Source: Mobula hypostoma (Eukaryota). Taken from it: 64,000 nucleotides of DNA. Location: assembly GCF_963921235.1 (NCBI RefSeq), contig NC_086097.1, positions 170,502,001-170,566,000 of the forward strand, given 5' to 3'. The notes beneath the pieces are model-generated. The model did no database searches. It was not told the origin of the DNA and saw nothing but the letters and a program-made list of their open reading frames with translations. The translations under genes were made by a program, and so were the position numbers. This document shows positions 60,205 through 64,000 of the stretch, in pieces. Positions within the stretch are counted from its first letter, which is position 1, and every line of letters starts with the position of its first letter.

Positions 60205-61758
60205 TTACAGGTCAAGTCTATCAGGCGGTCGAGTCCGTCGCTGTGATCTACGTAGCACCGGTGGTGATTGCACCAGCGACAGTGGTTGTGCTGGCTCAGG
60301 CCTGACTTGAGGTGTCAGCACATTAGGCGTCGGTAATCCCTCGTGCATGTGCGTCGCGCCCGGTATGGGAGTGTCGTGTGGTGTCTGTGTAGGGTTTGGA
60401 GTGTGCGGTGTCTCATGGGTATATATATCAGGGGGTATGGGGTTAATAGTCACCACGGAGTGTTCAGGGTAGGGGCCCGGTGCTCCTGCGGGCGCCAGGT
60501 CGCGGATGGAGACCGTATCCTCCCGCCCATCAGATAAAACCACGTAGGCACACTGGGGGTTCACATGAAGTAAGTGAACCCTCTGGACCATCGGGGAGTA
60601 TTTATTGCTCCTTGCATGTTTCCGGAGCAGCACTGGCCCCGGGGACGTCAGCCAAGTTGGTAGGGTGGTCCCAGTGGTCGACTTTCTGGGAAAAGAAAAG
60701 AGTCGCTCATGAGGGGTGGCATTGGTGGACGTGCATAACAGGGAGCAGATGGAGTGGAGTGCCTTGGGAAGGACCTCCTGCCAGCGGGAGACTGGCAGTC
60801 CCTTTGACCTGAAGGCTAAGAGTGTGGCTTTCCACACTGTGGCATTCTCCTTCTCCACCTGTCCATTCCCCCAGGGAGTATAGCTCGTGGTCCTACTAGT
60901 TGCAATACCCCTAGCCAGCAGGTATGGGTGCAGCTCGTCACTCATAAACGAGGACCCTCTGTCACTGTGGATATAGTATGGGTGTCCGAACAGAGTGAAG
61001 AGCTTGCACAAGGCTTTTATAACTGACGTGGTAGTGGTGTTGGGGCAGGGGATGGCGAAGGGGAACCGCGAGTATTCATCGATAACATTAAGAAAGTACA
61101 CATTGTGGTCGGTGGAGGGAAGGGGGCCCTTGAAGTCGACATTCAGTCGCTCAAAGGTGCGGGTGGCCTTGATTAGTTGTGCCTTTTCGGGTCGGTAGAA
61201 ATGCGGTTTGCACTCTGTGCAGACTTGGCAGTCCCTGGTCATCATCCTGATCTCCTCAAGGAAGTAAGGCAGGTTCCAGGCTTTTATGAAGTGGAAAAGC
61301 CGGGTGACCCCCGGGTGGCAAAGATCTACATGTAGGGCGTAAAGCCAGTTGATCTGCGCGCTGGCGCACGTTCCCCGGGATAGGGCATCGGAGGGCTCAT
61401 TGAGCTTCCCAGGCCTGTACATGATATCATAGTTGAAGGTGGAGAGTTCGATTCTCCACCTCAGAATTTTATCATTTTTGATTTTGCCCCGCTGTTGGTT
61501 ATTAAACATGAATGCGACTGAGCGCTGGTCAGTTAGCAGGATGAACCTTTTGCTGGCGAGATAGTGCCTCCAGTGCCTAATAGCTTCCACTATGGCCTGG
61601 GCCTCTTTCTCCACCGCGGAGTGCCGAATTTCAGGGCCTTGAAGAGTACGGGAGAAGAACATCACCGGTCTTCCCGCCTGGTTGAGGGTAGCAGCCAGCG
61701 CAAAGTCGGAGGCGTCACTCTCTACTTGGAAGGGAATGGACTCATCCACTGCATGCAT
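60205..61758 (-). CDS. pol: Gypsy Pol C-terminal part: RNase H + integrase
   Basis: ESDASDFALAATL, HSAVEKEAQAI, LLTDQRS and SDALSR (RNase H); H..LCH...CQVC, VDFKGP, HSDRG and GNGQVE (HHCC + DDE integrase); frameshifted from the upstream part. Confidence 0.9.
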   Translation of the reverse strand: MHAVDESIPFQVESDASDFALAATLNQAGRPVMFFSRTLQGPEIRHSAVEKEAQAIVEAIRHWRHYLASKRFILLTDQRSVAFMFNNQQRGKIKNDKILRWRIELSTFNYDIMYRPGKLNEPSDALSRGTCASAQINWLYALHVDLCHPGVTRLFHFIKAWNLPYFLEEIRMMTRDCQVCTECKPHFYRPEKAQLIKATRTFERLNVDFKGPLPSTDHNVYFLNVIDEYSRFPFAIPCPNTTTTSVIKALCKLFTLFGHPYYIHSDRGSSFMSDELHPYLLARGIATSRTTSYTPWGNGQVEKENATVWKATLLAFRSKGLPVSRWQEVLPKALHSICSLLCTSTNATPHERLFSFPRKSTTGTTLPTWLTSPGPVLLRKHARSNKYSPMVQRVHLLHVNPQCAYVVLSDGREDTVSIRDLAPAGAPGPYPEHSVVTINPIPPDIYTHETPHTPNPTQTPHDTPIPGATHMHEGLPTPNVLTPQVRPEPAQPLSLVQSPPVLRRSQRRTRPPDRLDL

Positions 61759-61781
61759 TGCTGCTTTGGCAATGTCCCCTT

Positions 61782-63320
61782 TTATGTGGCTGAAGGCCGT
61801 GTGGGCCTCGGCTGAGAGGGGAAATGTGGTGGACTTGACCAGGGGCGGGCCTTGTCTGCGTAGTTAGAGACCCATTGGGCGTAATATGAAAAGAAGCCCA
61901 GGCACCTTTTGAGGGCTCTGAGGTTGTTGGGAAGAGGGAGTTCCAACAGGGGATGCATACAGTCGGGGTCAGGGCCAATGACTCCATTCTCCACAACACA
62001 CCCAAGGATAGCAAGTTGGATGGTTCTGAACACACACTTGTCCTTGTTATAGGTGAGCTTGAAAGCTTTGGCCGCTTGGAAAAATTTTTGCAAGTTGTTG
62101 TCGTGATCCTGCCGGTCGTGACCGCAGATGGTGATGTTATCCAGATATGGGAACGTGGCCTTCAATTGGCACTGGTCCACCATCCGGTCCATTTCCCTCT
62201 GGAAGACAGATACACCATTTGTGACACCGAAGGGGACACGCAGGAAATGATAAAACCTGCTGTCTGCCTCGAAGGCGGTGTAAGGGCGGTCCTCCCGACG
62301 GATGGGGAGCTGATGGTAAGCGGATTTTAGGTCCATGGTTGAGTTAACCTTGTACTGTGCTATCTGATTAACCATATCCATGATGCGGGGTAGAGGGTAC
62401 GTGTCGAGCTGCGTGAACCTCTTGATGGTCTGGCTATAGTCCACGACCATCCTATTTTTCTCCCCGTTCCGAACGATGACCACCTGCGCCCTCCAAGGAC
62501 TTGTGCTTGCCTCAATGACCCCCTCCCTGAGCAGCCGCTGCACTTCCGACTTAATGAAAGCTCTGTCCCCCCCGCTGTACCTCCTGCTTTTAGTTGCCAC
62601 AGGTTTACAGTCGGGGGTCAGATTGGCGAACAGCGGTGGGGGAGGGATCCTGAGGGTGGAGAGGCCGCAAGTGGCGTTGGTAGTGCGGCAGTTGGCATGA
62701 TGTTGGGTGGGAAGTGCGGGTCGGTGTGTGTGTGTGGTCAGTAGCGGGGTATGTGATGTATCCCTACAAAACTGGGGATTTACGACAGTAATTGGTGGGA
62801 GTGGCCCATCATGCTCCATTGTCATGCTTCTCAGGTGGCTCTGGAAGTTGAGCTCCAACAGCACAGGGGTACACAGTTGAGGCATGACCAGTAATGTAAA
62901 GTCTGGATATTCTGTGCCCTGCACCACTAGCGTCGCTACACAGCCCCCCCGGATGTCTGTTGTATGCGACCGGGAAGCCATGGTGACCCTCTGACTTACT
63001 GGCCATATCATGAGTCCGCAATGCTGCACCGTGTCCGGGTGGATAAAACTCTCCGTGCTGCCTGTGTCAAACAGGCAGCTTGTCCTGCGCCCCTCCACCA
63101 GGATGTCCATCATTGACCTTGCGAGCTGGTGGGGGGCGCTTTGGTCGAGGGTCACGGAGGCCAGAGTTGAGTTGCTGTCTTGGTCCGGCGAGGTGGGGTG
63201 CCTTGTGAGCACCCATGGGTTGTAGGTGGTGCAAGGTGGCGTTGACCAAGATGGTAGCCCCCATGTCTCGCACATGGTGGCAGCATGCAGGCAAGATGGC
63301 GACCCCCATGCCTCACACAT
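61782..63320 (-). CDS. pol: Gypsy Pol N-terminal part: aspartic protease + reverse transcriptase
   Basis: LFDTGSTESFI; SPWRAQVV, RMVVDY, DLKSAYHQL, TAF, VPFGVTNG, YLDN, ILG. Confidence 0.9.
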   Translation of the reverse strand: MCEAWGSPSCLHAATMCETWGLPSWSTPPCTTYNPWVLTRHPTSPDQDSNSTLASVTLDQSAPHQLARSMMDILVEGRRTSCLFDTGSTESFIHPDTVQHCGLMIWPVSQRVTMASRSHTTDIRGGCVATLVVQGTEYPDFTLLVMPQLCTPVLLELNFQSHLRSMTMEHDGPLPPITVVNPQFCRDTSHTPLLTTHTHRPALPTQHHANCRTTNATCGLSTLRIPPPPLFANLTPDCKPVATKSRRYSGGDRAFIKSEVQRLLREGVIEASTSPWRAQVVIVRNGEKNRMVVDYSQTIKRFTQLDTYPLPRIMDMVNQIAQYKVNSTMDLKSAYHQLPIRREDRPYTAFEADSRFYHFLRVPFGVTNGVSVFQREMDRMVDQCQLKATFPYLDNITICGHDRQDHDNNLQKFFQAAKAFKLTYNKDKCVFRTIQLAILGCVVENGVIGPDPDCMHPLLELPLPNNLRALKRCLGFFSYYAQWVSNYADKARPWSSPPHFPSQPRPTRPSAT

Positions 63321-64000
63321 GGCGCTACTCGATCCCGCTTTGACTTACAGACCTTGGCGAAGTGGCCCTTCTTTCCGCAGCTGGAGCAGGTAGCTTCTTG
63401 GGCCGGGCAGCATTTCCGGGAGTGCTTCTCGAGTCCACAGAAGAAGCACTTTGCAGACTCGCGACTGGCAGCAGCTGTGGTCGATTCGCCGGGGGGTTGC
63501 AGGGTCTGCGGCGTCCATGAGGCTGTCAGGAGATCCCGTGCCTGGACAGCGTCAGAGTTGTGCAGACTGGTCTTCAGCATATCAGCCAGCTCAATCGCCG
63601 AACGTAAGGTAAGATCGGCGTGTTCCAGCAGCCGCTGGCGCACATACACTGACCTGGTCCCCGTGACGAAGGCGTCTCTTACTAGGAGCTCCGCGTGCTG
63701 TTCAGCCGTCAGCCCCCGGCAATCGCAGGTCCGCACGAGTATCTGTAGGGCCTGGACGAACTCAGCGCTCGACTCTCCGGGCCGCTGCTGCCACGACGCT
63801 AAGCGATGTCGCGCATAGATGGTGTTTACCAGCCACAGGTATTGTCTTCTGAGGGCACTCATCGCGCCGTCATAGCTCACCTGGTTTCTAATCATCGAGT
63901 AGACCCGTGGACTGACCCTGGAGAGGAGAACTCTGCACTTCGTGGTGGACTTGGTCACTTCAATCTCCTCCAGGTATGATTCGAAGCAGGCCAGCCAGAG
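63152..64000 (-). CDS. gag: Gypsy Gag (partial; runs off the window edge)
   Basis: ARHRL..QRPGES..F, LVRDAFVTG, CFFCGLEKHSRKCC and CSSCGKKGHFAKVC zinc knuckles. Confidence 0.88.
   Translation of the reverse strand, partial: LWLACFESYLEEIEVTKSTTKCRVLLSRVSPRVYSMIRNQVSYDGAMSALRRQYLWLVNTIYARHRLASWQQRPGESSAEFVQALQILVRTCDCRGLTAEQHAELLVRDAFVTGTRSVYVRQRLLEHADLTLRSAIELADMLKTSLHNSDAVQARDLLTASWTPQTLQPPGESTTAAASRESAKCFFCGLEKHSRKCCPAQEATCSSCGKKGHFAKVCKSKRDRVAPCVRHGGRHLACMLPPCARHGGYHLGQRHLAPPTTHGCSQGTPPRRTKTATQLWPP

Larger units (their letters stand above)
59903..64000 (-). mobile_element. Near-intact Ty3/Gypsy LTR retrotransposon (5' end outside the window)
   Basis: Order gag-PR-RT-RH-IN-PPT-LTR; no in-frame stops in the domains, only two apparent frameshifts (~63338 and ~61843). 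Confidence 0.96.

Noticed and set aside
63285..63818. 177-aa + strand ORF and other antisense ORFs over the Gypsy and CR1 elements
   Set aside because: Shadow ORFs opposite TE coding sequence

Overview
Eukaryotic, repeat-dense vertebrate DNA, most likely an intron or gene desert. The repeat mix suggests a cartilaginous fish, probably a ray (inference): CR1 LINEs with short tandem tails, Rex1/Babar, V-SINE/HE1-like and Deu-domain SINEs, and Penelope palindromes. I found no recognisable host protein-coding gene, and nearly all long ORFs are transposon-derived. The window holds more than 20 CR1 pieces, including two young ~3 kb copies (46.5-49.5 kb and 56.1-59.2 kb). It also holds about a dozen Rex1/Babar fragments, an L1 3' end with a 12-bp TSD, RTE and Penelope relics, Tc1 and hAT DNA-transposon derivatives, and a deleted Gypsy relic at the left end. 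A near-intact Gypsy LTR element runs off the right edge. The most notable observations are: (i) a 417-bp TSD-flanked non-coding RTE derivative whose 3' tail matches a coding RTE 3' end 3 kb away; (ii) a Gypsy RT with YLDN instead of YxDD although its other catalytic motifs are intact; (iii) Penelope-type palindromes with degenerate hammerhead-like cores; (iv) a three-TIR Tc1 derivative present twice; (v) TE-free, motif-rich islands and two candidate exons. No clearly novel biological system can be established from the sequence alone. Boundaries of degenerate repeats are approximate, and family names come from motif recognition, not database searches.
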